DNA of 64,000 bases from Bigelowiella natans CCMP2755 (Eukaryota > Protista > Cercozoa): the NCBI GenBank assembly GCA_000320545.1, contig ADNK01000108.1, positions 12,917-76,916 on the forward strand. Direction: 5' to 3'. Below, one piece after another: positions 52,315-64,000 of the stretch. The notes under the pieces were generated by a model. That model did no database searches. It was given only the letters and a program-made list of their open reading frames with translations, and was not told the DNA's origin. The stretch's first letter is position 1, and each line of letters starts with the position of its first letter. A program made the translations under genes and the position numbers.

Positions 52315-54188
52315 TCATGTGCTTGGCGTAGGAGTGTCTAAGGGTGCACATAATTTGGCTTCCTCGCATATCGTCATGTAAGCGTCCATCGTCACGTACT
52401 CCGCTCCAGCAACACTGGAAGGAGTGGAACGACGTTTTTTCTCCAGCCTTCTTTTCGCATACTGCACCATTTTGTTGGCTTCGTCGTGGGATATATCCTG
52501 GAAATCAAGTGTCAAGCACAAACACGCTTAATACACATATTAAGAGACCATACTGAACATACCACGTCGTGTTGCTTTGCCACTCTAACGATTTCCGCGG
52601 CGTGAACGCGGCCGCTTCCGCTCTGGTTTAAAATATGAAAGGACAACAATATGTCGCTGCGGGGGTAACTGTATGTCAACTTCCGTTTCTTTTTCTTCTT
52701 CCTTTTCGTGGTTGTCATGTTCGCGCTCGACCGACTCTCATCAGTCGATAAAGTCACAGCATTTGTTCCAGCAGCACCAGTGCCTCCTTTCTCAGTTCCC
52801 CCCTTCTCTTGCGCTGCCTCTGATGTTGCTGCAGCATTTTGGCCGACCGTCTGCTTCGACGACTGGGGTGGTGCAGTATTAAGGTGCTGGAAAAGTGCCG
52901 ACTGCAACTTCTTCACAATAAGTTCATCCTTTGGAATGAAAGATAGTATCATAGTGAGAAAGACGATGCTCTCGGATGAGATGCCTGCCTATCTTGCTCT
53001 CATAGAGGTACATTCACGATTTCTAGCAGTCTCTCCATCTGCTTTATCACTACGCCCTACATGAGTACACAAGCCCCCCCCACTCCAATGCACCTTAACA
53101 GTCCAAACCTTCCGTCTACCCTGGACCGGGCCGATGGGTTCGGCAAGGGGCACAACCTACCAAATTGATTAAACTAAATGCCAAAATCATATTGATATAT
53201 ATTTATTGTGCTCGTCCTTCCAATTCCATGCCTGCAGTAAGGCCCAGGTCTCTTTTCTGTGTGAATGGTATCATGACCTTATCTATGAGCCAGTAATATC
53301 TTGAGGATTCATCCACCCAGTCCTGCGAGACACATTAGAAAGTCATGTTAAGACGCACGATTTCCCGGATCGAGATGAGAGCAGCATCTATTCCTGCTTG
53401 ATCTCGAGAGGAAAAACTGGAACTCTTACTAACCTTCCCCCGCAGGCCTTGGTGTTCTACTGCTTCGTTGTAGTCTTTTGTCACCTTCTTAACATGCGCG
53501 ATCCCAATTATGTGGCGAAGCGGATCCTGGTTAAGACGGGAAGTAATTACTGTCTGCGTGCACGATTTGGTGACAAGTGCTACTATACTAATATGCAGGA
53601 CCAGAATAGTTTTCATGTGACCTTCAGGTTCTGGTGCTCAATCCCTGGCCATAGCGACTCGCTGATGTTCTCTTGAATAGCTGTTTCCTAAAGCACCAAG
53701 TTCGAAGGTAGGTACAGCAAGAGACATTCACATTTCAAAAATAAATATAAATACAACGTGTCATCTGAGATATGCAACTATGTATGTATGCATATGTGCA
53801 CATACTACGTGCTTGAAGCGTGCATAGATACCTCGGCGTTCAGAGAGGCCGACACGTGCACTGCAAGCCACACGTCACGGAATGCAGCCTGGAAGAAGTA
53901 ACAATGTGAGCGGCGAGTGTTACCATCCTGGGATAACTCTACCTTTCCAGTCCAGAGGGATATAAAGTATTCTCGATTTTCTACTCTGAACAGCGATCTC
54001 AATTTAGTCTTTGAGCACAAACAGCGAAACTCTTTGGTTTGTGTGTCGAACCTCTTGGGGCCATGGACGAGCGAGACAGCCCAGGGGGCACGCAAGGTGA
54101 TGGCATGGAACGCAGTATCTTTGAATCCGATAAATTTTTCATCCTGAGGCGCTCGTGAGGATGGGAGGGAGGACGGCCGCGCCGCCAT
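52315..54188 (-). CDS. ASCH-domain protein with C-terminal EF-hand-like pair
   Basis: AITLRAPWAVSLVHGPKR|VENR, WLAVHVS, HIIGIAHV, W...YYWLID and PLAEPIGPVQGRRKVW fit ASCH. The C-terminus reads SFHILNQSGSGRVHAAEI...DEANKMV...VTMDAY. Confidence 0.8.
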
Positions 54189-54639
54189 GGCCCCGAACCA
54201 GGGAAGCGATTCTGTTGGTCACGAGCTGCAAGGGTGCACACGACGTGTTTTCCGATCGGAACCAACAAAAAATTGAGTCCCAAGAGAAAACGTCTGATGT
54301 TTCTCGCCGTAAACTGTGTCTGATTTTGATCGTTTATGTTATTTGTTGGTTCTGTTTCTTGTCGTAGTATGTACAAAGGCCTCTAATTGGTTAAGTTTAC
54401 GGAATCTACACGGAATGCCGTCACTATCTTCCTTCAAGAGACCAATCTCTAAGCGCAATTGCGAATTTGGAATCTCTATTTAGTGGATAAAAGTTATTGT
54501 AGGAATTGAAATTATCTTGTCGCAAGTTACGAATAAATTATATTATGTCATAGAAAAATTGAAAAGTGCAATCTTACATTCTGAATCTTTGTCCTAACCT
54601 ACCCACCCCCCCTCGGTGCAAAGGACGAAGTTCATCTGA

Positions 54640-55620
54640 ATGCAGAGTCGTCGCTTCGGGTGCATCTTGGCTTTGTCCCATTTGTTGTATGCAGCAACAG
54701 TTCCAAGGACTGCTGGCAGCGTGAAAGGTGAGGGCCTAAGACTTTGGAATGCCAATTCATAACATGGACAACACACATTGAACACATTGTTTATTATCTT
54801 CGTAGTACTCTGGATGTACATGCAACTATTTATTTGTGCTTAAATGTCATTTTCACACGAAATGTTAATTTAATTTCAAAAAAACAAGCGAGGCAAAGAC
54901 GAAAAAAACACAAACTCTCACTCGCTCCCTCTCCTAGTACCCTATTAATTGAATTTGCAACATTGCATGACATGAATTAGTCATCATCGCTAATGTTTCT
55001 GTCAGAGAGTTTAAGTTCATATTTAAACTATATTTTAGTATACTATTCCCGGGCATGAATAATTCTGACATTAAATGTGATGGATAGGGAGAATAGCTTC
55101 CGGCGCTGCTTTGCGTCATGCAAGCTTCAAGCCATACCACACCAAGGCCCTCACGTCGAACCCCTTCAACAGAAGGTTCACGTTAACACAACGAGAGCAT
55201 CCAGAATCACTTCTCGGGTCTCCAATAGTTCCAAAGGCAGACACATCGATGGAAAAGCTGCCTGACATGCTGGAAATTGCCCCATGCAACGTCGAGCTCC
55301 CTAAGGACTACCCTAGAGATTGGGATGTAGAAAAGGAAGACGAGGCAAGCTTTATCTTACGCCATTATGCTGTAGAAAAACCCGAAGCTCCTAAAGCATG
55401 GGCGTCGGAAACCTGGAAAGCAGATATGCAAGCGGAATTTTTCAGCCGGTGGGTCCCATTCAGGGCATGGTTGCGAACACACCCAAAGGGTCAACGTTTA
55501 TACAACGGAGTCATGATATTCAAAGATCTGGTGTATGTATATTTTCGGTATTATGTCCCGCTCTTCCTGGTCCTCAATGCGCTGAGAATAGTCTTCACAA
55601 GGATTTTCCTTGGCGTTTAA
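54640..55620 (+). CDS. Hypothetical membrane protein with signal peptide plus transit-peptide-like leader (2 exons)
   Basis: MQSRRFGCILALSHLLYAA... splices into ORF 55111-55620, which ends in a TM segment (YYVPLFLVLNALRIVF). Confidence 0.55.
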
Positions 55621-56064
55621 GGCGCCGAAATCTTTCAGTTTAATATTCCGCGATCGTATCTCGTGCAACACTCACTTAGCACCTTTAACTGTATGAGTAC
55701 ACCTTCCTTCATTCGATGCCTGCTCTTATGAAATAACGTTATGTCCCGTAGTAAAATATTACCTGTTCTTACTGGACAGAGTTCTACAAAGCGTTTATTA
55801 GGCCCATGCGTAGCCCGAATATTTTCTGCGGCTTTGATAATATGTATATACGTCACAGTCGCAGATTACGTTTTATAGTTTTAGAACTGTATAGTTATAG
55901 TCACGCGTGTTGTAATATGCTGTATTGAATATAGTATAGCATAAGCTGTGCGCGTCACATAATAAAGCTTTAAAAATGCATATAGCCGCGCGCCGCGCGC
56001 CTGTTTTTAGAATATAAGACAGATGTAATTAATCAATTAAATTTGTTCAATAGTCATCTTTATA

Positions 56065-56114
<50 letters not shown>

Positions 56115-56469
56115 TATGCAGTGCTGAGTGGCATGTGTGCTCTGCAAATGCTATGTGTAGCGAACGCGTAAGCAATGGCATGCGATGCATGGTTATCTTT
56201 GTGACGATCCCTGCTGGCAATATAGCCTGAACAGTATTCTTGCGTATGTGTCGCATCGTTGTTACGGAAAACGTGCACAGCTTTCAATAAATACACACAA
56301 ATTGTTGGGACAGGGCCCATGCGTCGTGCGAATATGTTCAATGCACGCCAACTACACAAATAAAGAACATTCGTGGAGAAAAGGCGATGTACGTGTTCGG
56401 GCAAGAACGACCGTCGCAAGTCCAGATTTTTCCTGTTGTCTCTATTCCCTCATTGTAATTTTCTAGCAC

Positions 56470-56801
56470 CTACTCTTTGTTGAAAGGGAGTCCCTCCACG
56501 AATCGCGTGATCATATCCTTTGCGGCCTCAGGTTGATCAAATGGGAGGATGTGGCCTGCAGCTCGTACTGTGACCTGGATCAAATTGCGCGCTTGTCGTA
56601 CGTATCCCGCGACTCGGCTTCCCACATACCTGTCCAATTTGCAAATACAGTAGAACGTTCATTGCTATCACCGACACCCATCGAAACGCTTTCCCGTTAC
56701 ACATGTACAAACGCACTTGTACACCGAACGCTATCAGGGGTCACGGAAAGGAGGGCAGATGCAGAAAGGGGACGAAGTAGGGGAAAGGATGGACACACAC
56801 A

Positions 56802-56833
<32 letters not shown>

Positions 56834-58946
56834 TCCTAATTGAGCTGGCTTTAATTGGTAGTAACAACCCACTTCAAACTACACTACTACCAGAGCGATC
56901 TGGAAGCTGTTTGGTACTCCTTCTGTCCCCCCCATTCAAGCTTCGGCACGAACGCTTCAACAAGAGGTGCGCCGATGATGATGTCCAACTGCCCGACATA
57001 TATCATAACTTTCACACCCTTTTCCAGCAGCGCGACAACACGCGGAGCCATAGAACGGTGAAAATCCTCGACGAGGTTCATCTCGCACGTCGTTGCGTCG
57101 CCGCCAAAAGATGTCTCAGCGCCGGCGTGAATAGCACGCCTCACCTCTGGGCGCTGCACAAAGTCGGCGAAGTAGTCCTAGGTGGTAGAAAGGGCTTTAT
57201 TCGAAAGCTGATTATTTGCAAGTACACAACCGGGAATCTCTCTCTCGCTCCCTCTCTACCCCTCCCTCCCTCCCTCCTCCTCTTTCAACGCACCTGCTCT
57301 GGTGGCGAGTCTTGGCGCAGATAGTTGTAATAGTCACCGAGACCCGTGATGTTCTTGAAGTAGTTGGGATAGGGGAATATATCACCGTTAATCATCTCAT
57401 CCCACACCTTAAAGGCATCTGCCATCTGTCCGGCCTTGATGAACGCCACCGTCTTGTCGCAATAGTCCTGATCGCGTAAATTATGGAATGAGATCTACTA
57501 CTGCTAACGTTGTTCGCTAGTGAGGAGGTTGAGGAGGAGGAGGAAGAGGGGAGGGGGGGGGGAAGGAGTGTTTGCTTTTTGGCGTTGTGCTGGTGATGGC
57601 CACCTGGATCTTTGCAAGCTCTACGCCATCAGCAAGTCCGAGGTTGAACATCATGCCGGGATATTCGGGGATCATATTGATAGGGTCCACCTAGTTTGGT
57701 TGGTCGTCAAAAAAGGAGGAGTTATCTCGCGGTTGCTGCTGCTGCTGCTGCTGTTTACATTAATTTTATTATCACCGTTTTTTAAAAAGTCATTTTGATG
57801 CTGGAAAGTACATGTGACAAGGGAAGAGAGGAGGAAGACACACGCATCAGTCTGACACAAGTAGTCTTGTTGATAAGAATTACTCACCCAACCATCACCA
57901 ATGGCTATGCCCTTAAGATTAATTCCAGACTCAGGTGCTTCCATGATAGCAAAAGCAAGGGCAGGGACGTAATGGCCGGCGTAGCTTTCACCAGTGACGT
58001 AGAGGTCGGACGCCTTCTTCTCTGGAAATACGCGGTAGAATTGATCCAGGAGGCTCAGCAGATTCTCACCGACCTGGGTTTCGTTGCGCACATACCCGTC
58101 TTTGGTGTGCGAATACCTGCGGCGGATAAGCATAATTATGCGAGGTTGTGTCAACCTTTGCTGGGGGAACGGGGATTGCAACTAGAAAACGCTCGTTGTT
58201 GAATTCCGATTTCCAATAACGGTGAAAGGTTTCTCCCATTATTATTACCCCGCTCCGAATGGATTGTCGATGTAGAGTAGGGCATATCGTTCGCCCCACG
58301 TTTCCTTCCTCCTCGACAGTGTCTTCAAGTCGCTGTTCACGACATAAGGCCCGTTTTCGGCGAACAGCCCGAAGAGGGACGAACCTCCTGGCCCACCTTG
58401 GAGCCATATCAACAACGGCGCGCTCGTGTTGCCATCCTGCCACGTTATCGGAGTTGAAAGTGCAGGCACAGCCGCAGGTGAAAGGAGGAGTCACACAGAA
58501 GTCAGATGTACTTTCCATAGCGACCATGAATTATATGGGTTCGGGTAGGGATTCTATACCTGGGAAGGAAAGTACCAGAAGAAGCTCTCTCCAGGTCCAG
58601 AGCTCTCGTCGATATGGAAATAACCCTAAGAAAGCAAAGGTTCTTCATTCAATATGGATAGGAACTCCACCAATATCTTCACATAAAATTTGGCAGATTC
58701 ATGTTGCTTAATAACTATACGAGGTGTTTTTAAAGGACTCACAGAGTAGGACTCAACAGCTTCTTCCTCTGAAATGGTTGCGGGGTCAAGTTGGACCATT
58801 GCAGCCCTCTGGATATCCTCGACTGGGGTCTGGGACTCGAGAAGATCAGTGAGGTTTAGAGGAAGATCCGGATCATAAGTCGGGGCGACTGTAGAGAGGG
58901 TAAGGGGAAGAAGGGCGAGAAAGAGAAGAGAGGGGATGGCCGTCAT
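56470..58946 (-). CDS. Serine carboxypeptidase, family S10 (CPVL-like)
   Basis: Signal peptide; WLQGGPGGSS; LLYIDNPFGAG|YS; GESYAG (catalytic Ser); LKGIAIGDGW; GQLDII (Asp); AAGHILPFDQP (His). Confidence 0.95.
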
Positions 58947-59449
58947 GGCTGCAGTCGGCTGGTAATTAAGATTACTCCAGAGAAAAGAGTTCGTAAATCC
59001 CCCCGATGGTTTATCCTTGAGACAAAAATTTTCGTTAAAAAAGATCCAAAATAGCCACAATTTTACTTGTCGGCATCTCAATAGTACCACATAAATCTAA
59101 TTTTCTTCTCAAATCTCGCTATCCCAGATGGAAACAATGTCTTCTCAATTGTATCAGATATTTTAGTATCATATTCTTTCCCAAATTGGGCTATTTAAAA
59201 CGATAAGCTTTACCTCGTCCATCCTCTAAGTCTTAACGACATTGTTTACCTTTTTATATGCTGAGAACATCGAAAAGACAAGAGATACTGCTACTTTTGA
59301 ATCCAATATTATTTATTAGTTAAGACCCACTAATTGTTCATATTTTTGAATGAAGACATGAATTTTATAGTATTTTAGGTATTATTAGAAGTCATTTCTT
59401 CATACCCACTGCGCCATTTACCTAGAAGTAAGGTCTGGGTCCTCTCAGA

Positions 59450-60497
59450 ATGGCTGACGACTCCAATCCTCGGGCCGTTGCGGCGGTGAGGTCGTCAAAG
59501 AGGGACTCGACAATGTCGCATGATGATGAGGATATGGAAGAAAGGTATTAAATGGGAAGTATCGCCTCGGTGAAGTTCTGGGGCCAAATTAGTGAATGGT
59601 GCCCCGCGTTAAATCCATTCCTCATGACGCCTGCTCTCCCTTTCTGTATTCCCAGCAAAGGGTATGACGACCTCCTAGCGAAGTTCTATGGGGTGACAAT
59701 GGATGCCAGCGCTGATGTTGCGAATGGTGAGGCGGGGACCGTGGATGTAAGCCAATCTTTGCCATAGCCACCGTCGTGAGCCTTCCTTTGATTATCTCTT
59801 CTAAATTGAAATGAAGCACAGAGACTAAATAGAGAATATAAGACCAGTTGTTCCTATCAACCAGGTGAATGAACAGCAAGACGCAGCCGCCCAAAAGGAG
59901 GCCGCAGCGGCCGCAGAGGCTAAGGCGGAGCGGGACGCTAGACTTAGTAAAACGGACCTGGACTCCAAGGAGTTCCAAGCGGGAAAATACGTTGAACATG
60001 TACTGCAAAAGACCGATATTAGCAACTACTACTACTTGCAGGAAAATAATGCGTTGATAGGCAGCCACAGACACATCCGAACAGACGCGTCCACACATCA
60101 CATGCGCACACGCACATGTACGCCTGCACCACACCAAATGACAAGCTGTGCGCTTAACATAAACCTCCACCTCTCCAAGTAAGCATCGCATACGACGCCT
60201 CTCCTCCCTCCCTTCTCCCTTCTCAACATTCGCTTATCCAGATATGATTGTGCGGTTTATCGTCCCTGTTGTTGTGTAATCCAATTGCTGTTAGATTCTG
60301 GAGAAGCAGGGAATCCAAGGGCTGCTACAGGAGGAGGCTACCATAAAGAGCCAGGCAACATAAAATGATGATATTTCCTCGATGATACTAATAAAATGGG
60401 AAACGAGCCCTTTCCTTCTCCTTGAAAACTTCTCGATCTTCTTTAACTTTAAGCTTTGTTCCGTTCGCTGCCATTATCGTCATCCTCGTCCTCTCCC

Positions 60498-60531
<34 letters not shown>

Positions 60532-61684
60532 GATGGTACCATAATCAGGTTCGCAACCTCGAGAGCGACATGCAGATGCTCGTGTACGAGAACTATAACA
60601 AGTTTATCTCGGCGACGGACATGATCCGAAAGATGAAAACAAATGTTGAGTCAATGGAGCAGGTTGTCGCCTTTTTCTCTCCGTGTGCCCTTCTTCTCTG
60701 CCCTTTTCTCTCTTGCTCCCTTTCTTCGTAACCAGCGTCAAGCAGAGACCTGCCCTTACGTCGTAACAACCCATACTACTAATAACAACGCAGGAAATGA
60801 AACGGCTCACAAGCAAGATGTCCTCGATCAGCAACAAATGCGAGTAAGTGCACTACCACCGCTATCATAATCACGATCACTATCATGCAAAACATACTGA
60901 TAAAGGAGCAATAACCTATTCTGAGCTTGACGTCCTCTCCTCCTCTTCCTCCTCCTCCTCCTCTTTCCCCATTTGTCCTCTCTCTCTTTTTGTTTCCCCC
61001 CCCCCACCCCTTGTATGTAGACACCTCGAGGGCGCCCTGGAGACGAACCGCGACAAGATGGAAAACCTTGTAGGCGTCAATCGTCTTCTCCAGCGCCTAC
61101 AGTTTCTCTTCGAGCTCCCACACAGGTTGTGTGCTTCATATATATATATATATATAAATAAATATGATTGGTATTTGAAAATTTTACGGGCAATAGTTAG
61201 CATTTCTGTGTGATTTCTCATTTCCTTTCCATTCCCTCCTTCCCTCCCTCCCTCCCTCCCGGCATCTCTTGCCTTCCACGTGCAGGTTGAAGAAATCGAT
61301 CCAGATGAAAGCGTATTCCCAGGCGGTTCGGTACTATAAGGTGTCGCACAAGATTCTGAAACGGTAGTGAGAAGTTGTAGCAGCAGCAGCAGCAGCAGCA
61401 GCAGTTAGATTTGGAACACACGTTGCCGCTGCCACCACCAGCACTAGTTTCATCTTTCCCACGATTCATTATACATTCAATATATACTCAATGACCCTCC
61501 CCCCCCCTCCCTCTCCAACTTGTGAAATATTTAAAATAGATACAAGTCGATCGCGTCGTTTAGCAAGATTTCCTCAGACAGCGCGTCTATCATCGAGAAG
61601 CTCACGAAGATACTCAAGAATTTGCTTCAGGATCCGGACGAAAATCCCCTCGCTAAGGTTATTCTTCTTCTTCTTCTTCTTTGG

Positions 61685-61724
<40 letters not shown>

Positions 61725-62207
61725 GAAGACATGTGAAAATTTGAAAATTAGGGGGGCAAGAATAGATTTGAACACGAATCAAGTCTCTGATTTCCAATCC
61801 ACCTTTTTCTTTTTTGTTTTTGTATAATTTGGTTCCAACTTTCATCTGGGTTTTGCTATGCCCTTCTTGACCGAGCCCGTTATTCTTGCCCTTACCTCTC
61901 TCTTTTTCTCTCCTTCTCTCCGTTGGTTGCAGATGGAGAATGCAGGACTGCTGCTGTCATTGCACGAGCCGGCTGAGAATCTCTTCTCGGCGCTGTTTCT
62001 TTCGATGGGCCAACGCCTTGACGCGCATTTAGAGGAGGTTGTCCTGGCGGAGAGGGAGCTGAAGAACGCCTCCTCCTCCTCCTCCTCCTCGTCATCGGTG
62101 ACGTCTCTCCCGTTGTTCTCAATGCTAGAGAAGGGCTTCATTGCTGCTTTCTCTCAATTCGCTGAGATGTTCCGGTAAGAAGTGTAGCAGTGCGTGGTGT
62201 CGTCGTC

Positions 62208-62252
<45 letters not shown>

Positions 62253-62324
62253 AATACGATTGATATATGTTGATTGAAACGAATAAAAAATACTGCAGCA
62301 GCCTTCATGGGCTTTCTCTCTCTC

Positions 62325-62370
<46 letters not shown>

Positions 62371-62784
62371 CGATGATTGTTTTTGGTCGTCGACACGTGA
62401 TACTACATCTACTACTAAAAATAATAATACTTATGATTCTAATCCACTACGCTAGGGACACGTTTGAGGAGGAGAGCGCGAATGCAACCCAGGCGCTTGC
62501 AAGTTTCACGGCTAAAGTGTTCAAACGCTACTTCGATACTGTTTCGAGGCTGTTGGACATTCAGGTAGTAGTTGTAGCAATGGTGGTAGTAGTAGTAGTA
62601 GTAGTAGTTGTAGTAGTAGTAGTTATAGTAGCAGCAGCTCTAGCAGTCTCACTGGAATGGGAAGATTATTCGATCATTCTGCTCCGACGCATACAAGATC
62701 TCAAAAACAGTGCATGTGCTCCGCGAGGATCAGTGGCTTTAGTGCTGACCTAATCTCAAATGCCACTATTATGTATTACACATA

Positions 62785-62824
<40 letters not shown>

Positions 62825-62994
62825 ATATGCATATATGCTTTTGACAGGCTCACGTCCGCTCAGAGTCTGATGCGAAAAGCGCCGCAAAGCAATTTACACT
62901 TGCACTGGCAGTGCTCACCAGGTTGCTTTTGCTCTTTATCACACCAAACTGACACTGACGACGACGACGTCGACGATGATGATGATAGTGATGA

Positions 62995-63033
<39 letters not shown>

Positions 63034-64000
63034 TAAGTTACCGGACGGCACACCGCTGATTGGCTATATCTGTACAGTGTTGTCGTAGTCGTCGTCAGTG
63101 ATCCATAGAACGGTTAAAATTTCATCATCATTATCATCATCATCATCATCAGCGTCTCCTCCTCCCTCCTCCCTCAGGCAAGTATCCCGCCCTTCAAGCC
63201 TTGTGCAGGAAGCAAAGCTCTTCGATAAAACGGCAGCGGTACTCAAACAATTTTTTGATTTTTTCAAGATTAAAAAATATGTGGATTGGACGCAGGGCAG
63301 AGAGCTACTACCACCGTACATATTCTTGTTTGTTTCTCCCTATTATTTGAATTTGGGAGGGTGGATGCGGAGACCTGCATACTTCCTCCTACCCCTTTAA
63401 CCCTGTATCTTCCCTTGCACTTCATTGAGTCATCATCATCATCATCATCATCATCGTCGTCGTCGTCGTCGTCGTCGTCATCTTCATCACTATTCTTCCC
63501 CCCCCCCTTCCCCCCCCCCCTCTCTCTTTCCTTCCATTTTGCAGGTAATAGAGCTGAAGATCCGCTTGTTCAAAGACGGGCTGATGCAGCACACGCACCG
63601 CCGTATACTCAAATATTTGCACTCCGCGTTTGTAGTGTCAGTTGAGATGTCCAAAAAGGTACGCATGTTAAGATATAACCGCTCGAGGCTGAAGAGGGGG
63701 GGGGAGGGGGGGGGGGAAGAATCACGGTCGCAAATATGAATAATCGCCCTTTGTTATTTCCCAGAAACAGCTTGTTCCCATGCCCCTCTCCACCGATCTC
63801 GAGGCGTTTCTCAAGTCACATGGTTTTGAAATGCGAAAGGAAAAAAGATAAATATTGGGGAGGGAACAGGGGGGGGGGGCATTGCGAAGACAAAATAGAG
63901 TTCATAACCTACCCCTTTCTTCTTCTTCTTCTTCTTCTTCTTCTTCTTCTTCTTCTTCTTCTTCTTTGCAGCGGAGAGAGTTTTCTGAGCAGGAGGAGGA
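59450..64000 (+). CDS. VPS51: GARP/EARP complex subunit Vps51 (runs off the window end)
   Basis: [63 protein letters not shown] and AVRYY. Confidence 0.92.

Larger units (their letters stand above)
1846..63965. repeat. Dispersed intronic microsatellites: (CA)n, (GA)n, (TA)n, (CCT)n, (CAT)n, (TAC)n, (CAG)n and poly-C/G
   Basis: Directly visible in most introns of the O-FucT, panB, CDB1-like, JmjC, RBR and VPS51 genes. Confidence 0.95.

Noticed and set aside
1-64000. CRISPR arrays, rRNA, tRNA genes, operons
   Set aside because: No repeat-spacer array or recognisable structured RNA gene was seen; the context is eukaryotic spliced genes.

Overview
Intron-rich eukaryotic nuclear DNA, probably from an alga with a green secondary plastid such as a chlorarachniophyte. 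That assignment is an inference from a green-lineage At4g37920/CDB1-like protein and several bipartite signal+transit-like leaders. I reconstructed about 15 spliced genes by eye, so exon boundaries are approximate. They include an O-fucosyltransferase, a TPR + degenerate 2OG-Fe(II) oxygenase protein, panB, a GNAT acetyltransferase, a CDB1-like protein, a JmjC protein, an EF-hand/C2/RBR E3 ligase, a PH-domain protein, an acylated Ig-repeat + RelA/SpoT-like protein, an ASCH + EF-hand protein, a serine carboxypeptidase S10 and VPS51. Most genes sit in head-to-head pairs. An intact, very young Ty3/Gypsy LTR retrotransposon lies at 9773-15488 on the minus strand, with identical 326-bp LTRs and a 4-bp TSD. 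Three observations stand out. (1) The element's polyprotein ends in what looks like a degenerate DIRS-type Dam-like adenine methyltransferase domain, at the position where chromoviruses carry their targeting chromodomain. (2) The element sits inside an island almost devoid of TpA, where most surviving TpAs are in CTAG; a second such island lies at about 42.4-43.1 kb. (3) A predicted membrane-tethered, non-plastid RelA/SpoT-like nucleotidyltransferase lies at 46180-50051.
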